Origin: Propionibacteriales bacterium | GTDB lineage: Bacteria; Actinomycetota; Actinomycetes; Propionibacteriales; Nocardioidaceae | Direction: 5' to 3' | DNA: 36,672 bases | Assembly: GCA_038256225.1 (NCBI GenBank) | Contig: JBBSKO010000001.1 | Location: 1 to 36,672 of the forward strand | In this document: piece after piece, positions 1-11,251 of the stretch | Layout: each line of letters begins with the position of its first letter | Numbering within the stretch: position 1 is the first letter of the stretch | The notes under the pieces: model-generated | Database searches by the model: none | What the model saw: the letters and a program-made list of their open reading frames with translations, nothing else | Told to the model about the DNA's origin: nothing | Translations under genes and position numbers: made by a program

Positions 1-408
1 CGGATGGCGCGCCAGAAGTGCGTGATGGCCGCGATGGTCTCCCAGCTCAGCCCGCAGACGGTCGTGCGCAACTTCTCCGCCATCGCCGACGCCTCGGCCG
101 AGCTGGTCCAGACCGACCTCCCGGCCTCGGAGCTGGACACCTTCATGTCCCTGGCCATGGAGGCCAAGGACGAGAAGATCGCGACGCTGTCGCTGGTGCC
201 GCCGATGATCGACACCGCCGACCCCGACATCGACCTGATCCACGAGAAGGTCGATGCCGCGGTGCAGCGCTCCGAGGAGCCCCCGTCCCCGTCGGCCGGC
301 ACCGGTGGCCGCACGAAGGCACCCACGGCCGTGACCGGAGGCTCGCTCGGCTCGATGTCCGACGGCTACGCCGCGAACCAGGCCCAGGACCTCAGCGCGG
401 CCTGCTGA
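1..408 (+). CDS. LCP (LytR-CpsA-Psr) family glycopolymer-peptidoglycan ligase, C-terminal part (truncated by window start)
   Basis: The frame is open from base 1. RMARQKCVM matches the LCP 'R..RQ' motif, followed by a TDLP-type helix region. It sits beside a cell-wall polysaccharide cluster. Confidence 0.75.
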   Translation, partial: RMARQKCVMAAMVSQLSPQTVVRNFSAIADASAELVQTDLPASELDTFMSLAMEAKDEKIATLSLVPPMIDTADPDIDLIHEKVDAAVQRSEEPPSPSAGTGGRTKAPTAVTGGSLGSMSDGYAANQAQDLSAAC

Positions 409-411
409 GCG

Positions 412-1233
412 TCACCGGCGTGCGTCGAGCGCGCCGGTGCCCAGCGCCTCGCCGACCCGGCGGTAGGTCTCCTCGTCGGCGGCGCAGACCAGCGGCCCGC
501 CGCCGGTCGCACGGTGCGGGCGGGTCGGGTCGTAGGCGCGGCCGTCGGCCACCGCCGCCCGCCCGCCGGCCTCCTCGAGCAGCAGGGTGCCCGGGGCGTG
601 GTCCCACGGCAGCGCCCCGGAGTAGAGCAGGACGTCGGTGTCACCGGCCACCAGGTGCGGGTAGTCGATGCCGCAGCACACCCAGGACAGCGTCATCGGG
701 GCCATGCCCTCCAGCCCGGGGAGCGCCCGGCCCACCCAGCCGCGGCGCGAGGTCGCGGCCCGCCACGCCGCCGGGTCGGGCCCGGGGGAGGGGCGGGTGA
801 GCCGGACGCCGTTGCGCCAGGCGCCGGCGCCACGCTCGGCGACGTAGGCGGCCTCGTGCTGCGGCTGCCAGATCCAGCTGCGCACGACCTCGCCGGCGCG
901 CAGCTCGGCGACCATCACCGCGTGGTCGGGCGAGCCGTGCACGAAGTTCTTCGTGCCGTCGACCGGGTCGACGGTGAAGGCGTGGTCGGCCACGGCGTAC
1001 CGCTCCATCACCGAGGGGTCCTCGGCGTAGGCCTCCTCGCCGAGCACGACCGCGTCGGGGTAGGCCGCGAGCAGGGCCGCGGTGATCTCGACCTCGGCCT
1101 CCCGGTCGGCGACCGTCACCAGGTCGCCCGGCTTCTTCTCGGAGATGTCGGAGGCGTCCAGGGCACGGAACCGCGGGGTGATCACACGGGCCGCGACATC
1201 CTGCACCAGGTCGAGCACGGCGTCGGTGTCCAC
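412..1233 (-). CDS. Inositol monophosphatase family protein
   Basis: Motifs DLVTVADREAE, GEE, DPVDGTKNF and WDHAPG. The start is placed at GTG 1233, 7 nt after a minus-strand -10 TAGTCT. The ORF-track extension to 2145 is antisense to the GT gene. Confidence 0.9.
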   Translation of the reverse strand: MDTDAVLDLVQDVAARVITPRFRALDASDISEKKPGDLVTVADREAEVEITAALLAAYPDAVVLGEEAYAEDPSVMERYAVADHAFTVDPVDGTKNFVHGSPDHAVMVAELRAGEVVRSWIWQPQHEAAYVAERGAGAWRNGVRLTRPSPGPDPAAWRAATSRRGWVGRALPGLEGMAPMTLSWVCCGIDYPHLVAGDTDVLLYSGALPWDHAPGTLLLEEAGGRAAVADGRAYDPTRPHRATGGGPLVCAADEETYRRVGEALGTGALDARR

Positions 1234-1240
1234 GGGTTCC

Positions 1241-1250
1241 AGACTAGGGT
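1241..1250. promoter_or_regulatory. Overlapping bidirectional -10 elements (TAGGGT on +, TAGTCT on -) for two leaderless divergent genes
   Basis: Sequence AGACTAGGGT. Each TANNNT hexamer lies exactly 7 nt before a GTG start (1258 on +, 1233 on -). No SD sequence in the 24-nt gap. Confidence 0.7.
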
Positions 1251-1257
1251 GGCGGCC

Positions 1258-2166
1258 GTGCGGGTGACGGCGGTGGTGGTGACCTACGACCGGCTCCCCC
1301 TCCTGCGGACGCTGCTGGCCCGGTTGGCCGAGGTCCCCGGGCTCGACGAGGTCCTCGTGCTCGACAACGCCTCCACCGACGGCACCGGCGCGTTCCTGGC
1401 CGGGCTCGACGGCCGGGACGGCGTGCACGCGCGCACCCTGGCGACCAACACCGGCGGCGCCGGCGGGTTCCACGACGGCCTCGCCTGGGCCGTCGAGCGG
1501 GACGCCGACCTGGTGTGGCTGATGGACGACGACGGCCTTCCCGACGTCGACTGCCTGGAGCTGCTCCTCGGGCACCGCGGCCAGCTGGACTTCTGGGGCC
1601 CCGTCGTCGTCGACGAGGCCGACCCCGAGCGGCTGGTCTTCCCGATCCGGCTGCCGGGCGGCACCCGTACGGTGCGCCGGATGACCGACGTCGCCGACGC
1701 CGCGGTCGACGGCCTGATCCGCGACGTGGTGATCCCGTTCAACGGCGTGCTGGTCACCCGCGAGCTGGTGCAGCGGATCGGTCTCCCGCGGGCGGAGTTC
1801 TTCATCTGGGGCGACGACCACGAGTACCGGCTCCGCGCGGAGCGGGCCGGCGGGCGCGTCGCCACCGTGGTCGGCGCCCGCGTGCTGCACCCGAGCGTGG
1901 GCGAGCTCGGGGCGCCGATGATGGGCGGGCGGACGACGTACAACCACAGCCCCAGCGACCTCAAGCACTACTGCATGGCGCGCAACAACCTGCTGAACCT
2001 GCGCGACTACCGCGGCTGGCCGCACGCGCTGGCGTTCGTGCTCAAGACGCTGTGGTTCTACACCGTGACCCGGCGCGACCCCGCCCGCGTGCGGTTGAGC
2101 CTGGGGGCGATGCGCGACGGGCTGCGCGGCGACTTCACCGGCCACCGGAGGTTCCTGCGTGGCTGA
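1258..2166 (+). CDS. glfT1: GT2 galactofuranosyltransferase, GlfT1-like
   Basis: VVVTYDR, DNASTDGT, NTGGAGGF, WLMDDDG, PFNGVL and FFIWGDDHEY resemble mycobacterial GlfT1. It lies in an operon with glf, glfT2, wzm and wzt. Confidence 0.75.
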   Translation: MRVTAVVVTYDRLPLLRTLLARLAEVPGLDEVLVLDNASTDGTGAFLAGLDGRDGVHARTLATNTGGAGGFHDGLAWAVERDADLVWLMDDDGLPDVDCLELLLGHRGQLDFWGPVVVDEADPERLVFPIRLPGGTRTVRRMTDVADAAVDGLIRDVVIPFNGVLVTRELVQRIGLPRAEFFIWGDDHEYRLRAERAGGRVATVVGARVLHPSVGELGAPMMGGRTTYNHSPSDLKHYCMARNNLLNLRDYRGWPHALAFVLKTLWFYTVTRRDPARVRLSLGAMRDGLRGDFTGHRRFLRG

Positions 2167-2173
2167 GGAGCGA

Positions 2174-3097
2174 GTGAGCGGCGACGGGTCGCGCGAGACC
2201 GTCGCGGTCGTCGTGGTGACCTACAACCGAGCCGACCTGCTCGAGGGCATGCTGGCCGGCCTGCGCACGCAGGACCGGGCGCCCGACGGCGTGCTCGTGG
2301 TCGACAACGCCAGCACCGACCGCACCGCCGAGGTGCTCCGGGCCGCGGTCGCGGCCGGGGACCTGCCGCTGGAGGTGCTCACCAGCCCCACCAACGTCGG
2401 TGGGGCCGGCGGCTTCCGGGCCGGGGTGCGCGCGGCGTACGAGCGGGGCTTCGACCGGTTCTGGCTGATGGACGACGACGTCGTGCCCGCCCCGTCCTGC
2501 CTGCGGGTGCTGATGGAGGCCGACGAGGACTGCCTGATGGCGGTGCGCGAGGACCGGTACGGGGCGCTGTGCGAGAAGGCGGCGCTGCGCTTCGACCTGC
2601 GCGACCCCCGGGCGCTGAAGCCGAAGACCGCGATGGTCGAGACGACGTACGGCACCCGCGCCGCGATGCCCGCGCGCGTCGAGCTCGAGAACGTCGCCTT
2701 CGAGGGGTTCCTGGTGCGCCGCCGCGTGGTCGAGCGGATCGGGCTGCCCGACGCCGCCTACTTCATCTTCTACGACGACGTCGACTTCGCCGTCCGGGCT
2801 CGACGGGCCGGGTTCCGGATCTGGGCGCTGCGCGACGCGGTGCTCGTCCGACAGCTCGACTTCGACCAGCAGCACGACCTGGCGGGGTGGAAGGGTTACT
2901 ACATGTACCGCAACCTCTTCGCGGTCCACCTGCGCTACGGCGAGAACGCCGCGGTGCGGGCCAAACCGTGGGTCGTGGCGGCCGGCGTGGTGGCCCTGAG
3001 CCCCCTGCGGGGCGGGCGTGCGGAGGCTCGCAACGTCATCCGTGGCCTCCGTGACGCGCGCCGGATGCGCCAGCAGCCGCCGACGACCGTAGAGTGA
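2174..3097 (+). CDS. Second GT2 glycosyltransferase (GlfT1-like paralog)
   Basis: VVVTYNR, DNASTD, NVGGAGGF, WLMDDD and FIFYDDVDF motifs. SD GAGGAG at 2165-2170 precedes GTG 2174. Confidence 0.85.
   Translation: MSGDGSRETVAVVVVTYNRADLLEGMLAGLRTQDRAPDGVLVVDNASTDRTAEVLRAAVAAGDLPLEVLTSPTNVGGAGGFRAGVRAAYERGFDRFWLMDDDVVPAPSCLRVLMEADEDCLMAVREDRYGALCEKAALRFDLRDPRALKPKTAMVETTYGTRAAMPARVELENVAFEGFLVRRRVVERIGLPDAAYFIFYDDVDFAVRARRAGFRIWALRDAVLVRQLDFDQQHDLAGWKGYYMYRNLFAVHLRYGENAAVRAKPWVVAAGVVALSPLRGGRAEARNVIRGLRDARRMRQQPPTTVE
3090..3095 (+). promoter_or_regulatory. Putative internal -10 (TAGAGT) for a leaderless glf transcript
   Basis: TANNNT 8 nt before the glf GTG. It overlaps the end of the upstream CDS and there is no SD. 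Confidence 0.45.
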
Positions 3098-6388
<3,291 letters not shown>

Positions 6389-6396
<8 letters not shown>

Positions 6397-7309
6397 CCCC
6401 GAGGCGCCGCAGGCGGCCTCGGAGGACGGGCCGGCCAAGGCCGTCCGCGTGGTCGACGCCCCGCTGCGGGCGCCGTCGGACACGACCGGCCTGATCGAGG
6501 TCTTCCGGCGCCGCTACCTGCTCAAGCTCCTGGTCAAGCGGGAGATCAGCGCCCGCTACCAGGGCTCGTTCCTGGGGCTGCTGTGGAGCTACATCAACCC
6601 GCTGAGCCAGTTCCTCATCTACTTCTTCATCATGGAGATCGTGATCGGGCGCGACCGCACGGAGAACTTCGCCGTGCACGTGTTCTGCGGGCTGATCGTC
6701 GTCCACTTCTTCGTGGAGACCTTCAACGCCGGCACCCGGTCGATCGTGCGCAACAAGTCGCTGGTGCAGAAGATGGCGGTGCCCCGGGAGATGTTCCCGG
6801 TGGCCTCGATGCTGGTCTCGCTCTTCCACGTCGTGCCGCAGCTGGTCATCCTGGTGGTGGTCAGCCTGCTCTACGGCTGGACCCCGGACCCGGCGGGGAT
6901 CGCCGCGCTCTTCTTGGCGCTGGGGATCGCGCTCGTGCTGGGCACCGCGCTGGCCCTGCTGTTCAGCACCGCCAACGTGTTCTTCCGCGACTTCTCCAGC
7001 GCCGTCAACATCCTGACCAACTTCACCCGCTTCGGCGTGCCGATGATCTACCCGTACTCGCTGGTCGCGGAGCGCTTCGGCGCCGCCGCCGACTACTACC
7101 TGTGGAACCCGATGGCCATCGCCGTGATGCTCGTCCAGCGCGGGTTCTGGGTCGGGACGACCAGCGACCCCGAGGAGGTCGCCCGCACCGAGCTGCCGCC
7201 GAACCTGTTCGAGCTGGGCCTGTGGTCGCTGCTCGGCAGCCTGGTGCTGCTCGTGGTCGCGCAGCGCGTCTTCTCCCGTCTCGAGCAGAGGATCCCTGAG
7301 CGCCTGTGA
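6389..7309 (+). CDS. wzm: ABC-2 polysaccharide export permease
   Basis: RYQGSFLGLLWSYINPL, FFRDF, P.IYP and NP motifs with multiple TM segments. The ATG overlaps the end of glfT2. Confidence 0.93.
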
Positions 7310-8073
7310 GCGAGAGCATCGTCGTGGACCACGCGACCAAGGACTTCACCCTTCGCTACCACCGGACCCTGAAGGACATCACCGTCGCGATGTCCAGGGG
7401 ACGGGCCATCAGCGACACCTTCCAGGCCGTCGACGACGTGTCCTTCACCGTCGAGCAGGGCGAGTCGATCGGGTTGATGGGCCTCAACGGCTCCGGCAAG
7501 AGCACGCTGCTGAAGCTGATCATCGGCGTCATGCGGCCCGACTCGGGGGAGGTGCTGACCCGGGGGCGGGTCTCGGGCCTGATCGCCACCGGTGCCGGCT
7601 TCCACCCGCAGCTCACCGGCCGGGAGAACATCTTCCTCAACGCCGCCATCCTCGGGATGTCCGAGCAGGAGACCAAGGCGAAGTTCGACGACATCGTCGA
7701 GTTCGCCGAGGTCGGCCGCTTCCTCGACACCCCGGTCGGCACCTACTCCTCCGGCATGTTCGCCCGGCTCGGCTTCGCGGTGGCGATCCACGTCGACTCC
7801 GACGTCTTCCTCGCCGACGAGGTGCTCGCGGTGGGGGACCGACCGTTCAAGAAGAAGTGCCTGGAGCGGATGCAGGAGATCCGCCACAGCGGGCGCACCG
7901 TCTTCTACGTCAGTCACTCCGCCGGCTCGGTGCGCAAGATGTGCGACCGGGTGATCGTGCTGGAGAAGGGCCGAGTCGGTTACGACGGCGAGGTCGACGC
8001 CGGCATCCGCTACCTCAAGTACGACGAGCCCGGCCAGCCCGACCTCGACGACGAGATCGGCGCCGACATCTAG
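7306..8073 (+). CDS. wzt: Polysaccharide ABC exporter ATPase (no C-terminal carbohydrate-binding domain)
   Basis: Walker A GLNGSGKST, signature YSSGMFARLGF, Walker B DEVLAVGD and VSH. Only 255 aa. Confidence 0.93.
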   Translation: MSESIVVDHATKDFTLRYHRTLKDITVAMSRGRAISDTFQAVDDVSFTVEQGESIGLMGLNGSGKSTLLKLIIGVMRPDSGEVLTRGRVSGLIATGAGFHPQLTGRENIFLNAAILGMSEQETKAKFDDIVEFAEVGRFLDTPVGTYSSGMFARLGFAVAIHVDSDVFLADEVLAVGDRPFKKKCLERMQEIRHSGRTVFYVSHSAGSVRKMCDRVIVLEKGRVGYDGEVDAGIRYLKYDEPGQPDLDDEIGADI

Positions 8074-8093
8074 CTCGGCCCGGTGGCCGCAGA

Positions 8094-8115
8094 AGTCCCC
8101 GGTCGGCCGGGGACT
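8094..8115 (+). terminator. Hairpin after wzt, probable terminator
   Basis: AGTCCCCGG-TCGG-CCGGGGACT is a perfect 9-bp stem 20 nt after the stop. No U-tract. Confidence 0.55.
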
Positions 8116-8377
8116 GCTGGACCTGTCGGCCGGGCGATCTCCCTCGGTCCAGGCAACCCCTGATCTGACGTTGCCCGTCATGTCGGGGCATCGCGGGCGG
8201 CTGGACGGTCACCCCCGGGTTGCCCTGCCGTCCGGTTCGGGCGGTGGCGTGACCCGTCCTGCCGCCGCCATCGCGTGGTTCCTGCAGGTTCTCCGACTGG
8301 TGACGCGCTGGAATCGCGCCATCGCCCCGACCCCGCCGCCAGCCAACAAGTACGGCCTGCCCGGCGTGTCGACTGGA

Positions 8378-8395
8378 AATTACACGTTTGTAGTT
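8378..8395. promoter_or_regulatory. AATnACA-N4-TGTnATT-type palindrome (McdR/BldO-like MerR regulator site) upstream of the amidase
   Basis: AATTACA-CGTT-TGTAGTT has one mismatch to the recalled mycobacterial McdR motif. It is an AT-rich island in very GC-rich DNA, and a related site overlaps the whiB promoter. Confidence 0.6.
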
Positions 8396-8478
8396 ACTCA
8401 CTTCCCCTTCCGCTGCCCTGTGGCGCGTGTGAAAGTTGCGGCCTCGTGTGACTCTTTCCCCCCGCGCAAAGGCTGCCG

Positions 8479-11235
8479 ATGTCTCTCCCCCCCGCCCGCT
8501 CCCGGGACGGTTTCGTCTCCGCGTGCCAGCAGCTGCTGGCACTCGGCGTCGTGCTGGCGGTCCTGACACCCGCGGCGAGCGTGCTGTCGCTCGACGTCGT
8601 ACGGCAGTCGCCCGCCTCCTCGGGCGTGGCGCTGCCCGGCACCGGCCGGGCGCCCGCCCCGGGCGCGGCGGCCGAGGCCGCCACCGTCCCGACCGCGCCG
8701 GTCGAGGCCGAGGTCGAGGACCACCAGCTCACCGCCCCGGTCGGCGACCGTGTGGCACCGGGCGGGCTGGACGCGCGGACCAGGGTCGCCGACGGCGGCT
8801 CGCAGGTGCGCAGCGCGCCGCTGCCCGTCGAGGACTTCGGCACCGTCGGGGTCACCTGGGCCCCGGGCGCGGACCTCGCGCACGACGCGGTCGGCGTGCG
8901 CTACCGCCAGGTCGACGGCGCCTGGTCGGACTGGACCGAGGCCGAGGTCGAGGACGACCACGGTCCTGACGTCGGCACGCCCGAGGACCTCGGCGCCCGC
9001 CCCGGCACCGACGCGGTCGTCGTCGGCGACGTCGACGAGGTGCAGGTCAGGGTCAGCTCCGCCGGGAGCGCGCCGGCCGACCTGCGCGCGGTCGTCGTCG
9101 AGCCGGGGGAGGCCACCGCGACCGACCGTCAGCTGCCCGCCATCGACACCGCCGGCCAGGACGCCACGGGAGACCGCGCCACCGGCGAGGCGCTCGAGCT
9201 GGCCGCCACCGGGTCCGCGCCCCTCCCGATGATCTACTCCCGCGCCCAGTGGGGCGCCGACGAGCGGCTGCGCAGCGGGTCCCCGTCGTACGGCACCGTG
9301 AAGGCCGGGTTCGTCCACCACACGGTCAACGCCAACGCCTACGACCGCGAGGACGTGCCGGGCATCCTGCGCTCGATCTACGCCTACCACACCCAGAGCC
9401 GCGGCTGGAGCGACGTCGGCTACAACTTCCTGGTCGACCGGTTCGGTCGGATCTGGGAGGGCCGGTTCGGGGGTGTCACCCGCGCCGTGGTCGGTGCCCA
9501 CACGCTGAACTACAACTCCTACTCCTTTGCGATGTCGGCCATCGGCAACTTCGACACCGTCCGCCCGCCGCAGGTGATGGTGAATGCTTACGCCGCGCTG
9601 TTCGCCTGGAAGCTGGGCATCCACGACGTCGACGCCGGCTCGCAGCGCCAGCAGGTCGGCTCGCGGACGTTCCCCGCGATCAACGGCCACCGTGACGCGG
9701 GCTCGACCGCCTGCCCGGGCCGGTACCTCTACGAGCAGCTGGGCGCCATCCGCAAGGCGGCGAACGCGCTGCAGGAGGCCCGCCCCGAGCCGGAGCCGGA
9801 GCCCGAGCCGGAGCCCGAGCCGGAGCCCGAGCCCGAGCCCGAGCCGGCTGCTGCGCCGCTCGACTCGGACCTGACCGGCGACGCCTACCCCGACCTGGTG
9901 CTCCGACGCGCCTCGGACCAGCAGGCCCTGATCGTGCCCACGGGCGGCCTGACCGGCTTCGGCCCGGCCGTCGAGGTCGCGGGCGACTGGGCGGACTGGC
10001 CCGAGGTGTCGTTGAGCCGCGACCTGAGCGGCGACGGTCGCACCGACCTGCTCGCCCGCCGCGCGGACGGGACCACGGCAGTCGCCGTCGGCGCGGGCCA
10101 GGGTGTCTTCGCGACCCCGGTGGCCCTCGCCGGTGGTCCGGACGCCGGCCACGAGCTCGTGGTCGCGGTCGGTGACGCCGACGGCGACGGGACGGGCGAC
10201 CTCGTCGCCCGGCAGACGGGCACGAACCGCCTGGTCTCCTTCACCGGGGACGGTGGCGGCGGCGCCGTGCGGGAGGTGGCCGGACGCGGCTGGGCACGCT
10301 ACGCGCGGATCCTCGCCGCCGGCGACCTCACCGGGGACGGGGACCCCGACCTGCTCGCGCAGAGGCCGGACGGCACCCTCTACCTCCGCGCCGGCGCGGC
10401 CGGTCAGCGCTACGCCGCGCCGCGCCTCGTGCCCGGCACCTGGTCGACGGACGACGTGATCGCCCCGGGCGGCGACCTGACCCGCGACGGGCGGGCGGAC
10501 CTCCTCCTACGCCGTGCGGCCGACGGGGTCACCGTGGTCCTGCCCGCTACCGGCGACGGCACCCTGGGCGAGGGCCTCGGCCGTCTGCCGGGGATCCGGT
10601 CCGGCGCGGGCCTGACCGGCGGTCTGCAGGTCGGGGGGTCGGCGCGACCGGACGTGGTCGTGCGGCGCGGCGACCGGTTGCTGTGGCTGGCCAACCAGGG
10701 CACCACCGAGACGCTCCCGGTCGTCGAGACCGGTCTCGACCTCTCGGCCGCCGCGCTCGTGCTGAACGCCGGCGACTGGGACGGCGACGGCGCCGGCGAC
10801 CTCCTCACCCGCTCCGCGGGCGTGCTGTCCCTGCACCGCGGCGACGGCTCCGGCACCTTCACCGCGCCGGTCGCCCTCGGCGGGGGGTTCGGCAAGGTCC
10901 GCGGCCTGCAGGCGGTCGGGGACCTGACCGGCGACGGTCGCGCCGACCTGGTCGGGCGCAGTGCCGGCACCCTGACGCTCTACCCCGGTGAGGGGACCGA
11001 CGGCCTCGGCGCCGGGCGCGCCACCGCCGGCCTCAGCGACCCGCGTGACGACGTCGAGCCGGGCACGTACGCCTCGTTGACCAGTGTCAGCGACCTGCGC
11101 GGCCAGGGCCCTGCCGACCTGGTCGGCACCGACACGGACGGCCGGCTGTGGCTGCTCCCGGTCGGCCGCCGGGGCGTCGTCGGTGAGGCCCTGCTGCTGA
11201 CCGGGCCCACCGGGACCGCGGACCGCCTGGGCTGA
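8479..11235 (+). CDS. Secreted N-acetylmuramoyl-L-alanine amidase (Amidase_2/PGRP-like) with C-terminal FG-GAP/VCBS repeats
   Basis: N-terminal hydrophobic signal. SRAQWGADE, VHHT, GWSDVGYNF, GAHT and GHRD..STACPG show the Zn ligands His/His/Cys intact. About nine D-x-x-G-D-G-x-x-D-L-type repeats follow. Confidence 0.9.
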   Translation: MSLPPARSRDGFVSACQQLLALGVVLAVLTPAASVLSLDVVRQSPASSGVALPGTGRAPAPGAAAEAATVPTAPVEAEVEDHQLTAPVGDRVAPGGLDARTRVADGGSQVRSAPLPVEDFGTVGVTWAPGADLAHDAVGVRYRQVDGAWSDWTEAEVEDDHGPDVGTPEDLGARPGTDAVVVGDVDEVQVRVSSAGSAPADLRAVVVEPGEATATDRQLPAIDTAGQDATGDRATGEALELAATGSAPLPMIYSRAQWGADERLRSGSPSYGTVKAGFVHHTVNANAYDREDVPGILRSIYAYHTQSRGWSDVGYNFLVDRFGRIWEGRFGGVTRAVVGAHTLNYNSYSFAMSAIGNFDTVRPPQVMVNAYAALFAWKLGIHDVDAGSQRQQVGSRTFPAINGHRDAGSTACPGRYLYEQLGAIRKAANALQEARPEPEPEPEPEPEPEPEPEPEPAAAPLDSDLTGDAYPDLVLRRASDQQALIVPTGGLTGFGPAVEVAGDWADWPEVSLSRDLSGDGRTDLLARRADGTTAVAVGAGQGVFATPVALAGGPDAGHELVVAVGDADGDGTGDLVARQTGTNRLVSFTGDGGGGAVREVAGRGWARYARILAAGDLTGDGDPDLLAQRPDGTLYLRAGAAGQRYAAPRLVPGTWSTDDVIAPGGDLTRDGRADLLLRRAADGVTVVLPATGDGTLGEGLGRLPGIRSGAGLTGGLQVGGSARPDVVVRRGDRLLWLANQGTTETLPVVETGLDLSAAALVLNAGDWDGDGAGDLLTRSAGVLSLHRGDGSGTFTAPVALGGGFGKVRGLQAVGDLTGDGRADLVGRSAGTLTLYPGEGTDGLGAGRATAGLSDPRDDVEPGTYASLTSVSDLRGQGPADLVGTDTDGRLWLLPVGRRGVVGEALLLTGPTGTADRLG
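9784..9846 (+). repeat. 6-bp tandem repeat CC(C/G)GAG encoding a (PE)10P linker
   Basis: Directly visible between the amidase and FG-GAP domains. Confidence 0.95.
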
Positions 11236-11251
11236 CGCCGGGCGCGGCCCG

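Noticed and set aside
514-1257. N-terminal extensions in ORF-track calls (514-2166, 412-2145, 3586-6396, 24936-26870, 27003-30329)
   Set aside because: The extensions overlap neighbouring real genes. Domain boundaries, SDs and -10 boxes support the shorter starts.
8305-8356. Faint resemblance to the 3' part of a c-di-AMP (ydaO) riboswitch (GAATC...CCCGACCCCGCCGCCAGCCAAC) upstream of a wall hydrolase
   Set aside because: The context is plausible, but the GGGGTGAATC and GTAGGG elements and their pairing partners are missing. Not supportable without a cmscan.
8426-8454. CGTGTGA direct repeat as an MtrA site
   Set aside because: The 19-nt period does not fit the ~11-bp repeat spacing expected for OmpR-family regulators.
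8171-8566. 131-aa ORF in the wzt-amidase gap
   Set aside because: TTG start, atypical codon usage, crosses the AT-rich regulatory site and overlaps the amidase start.
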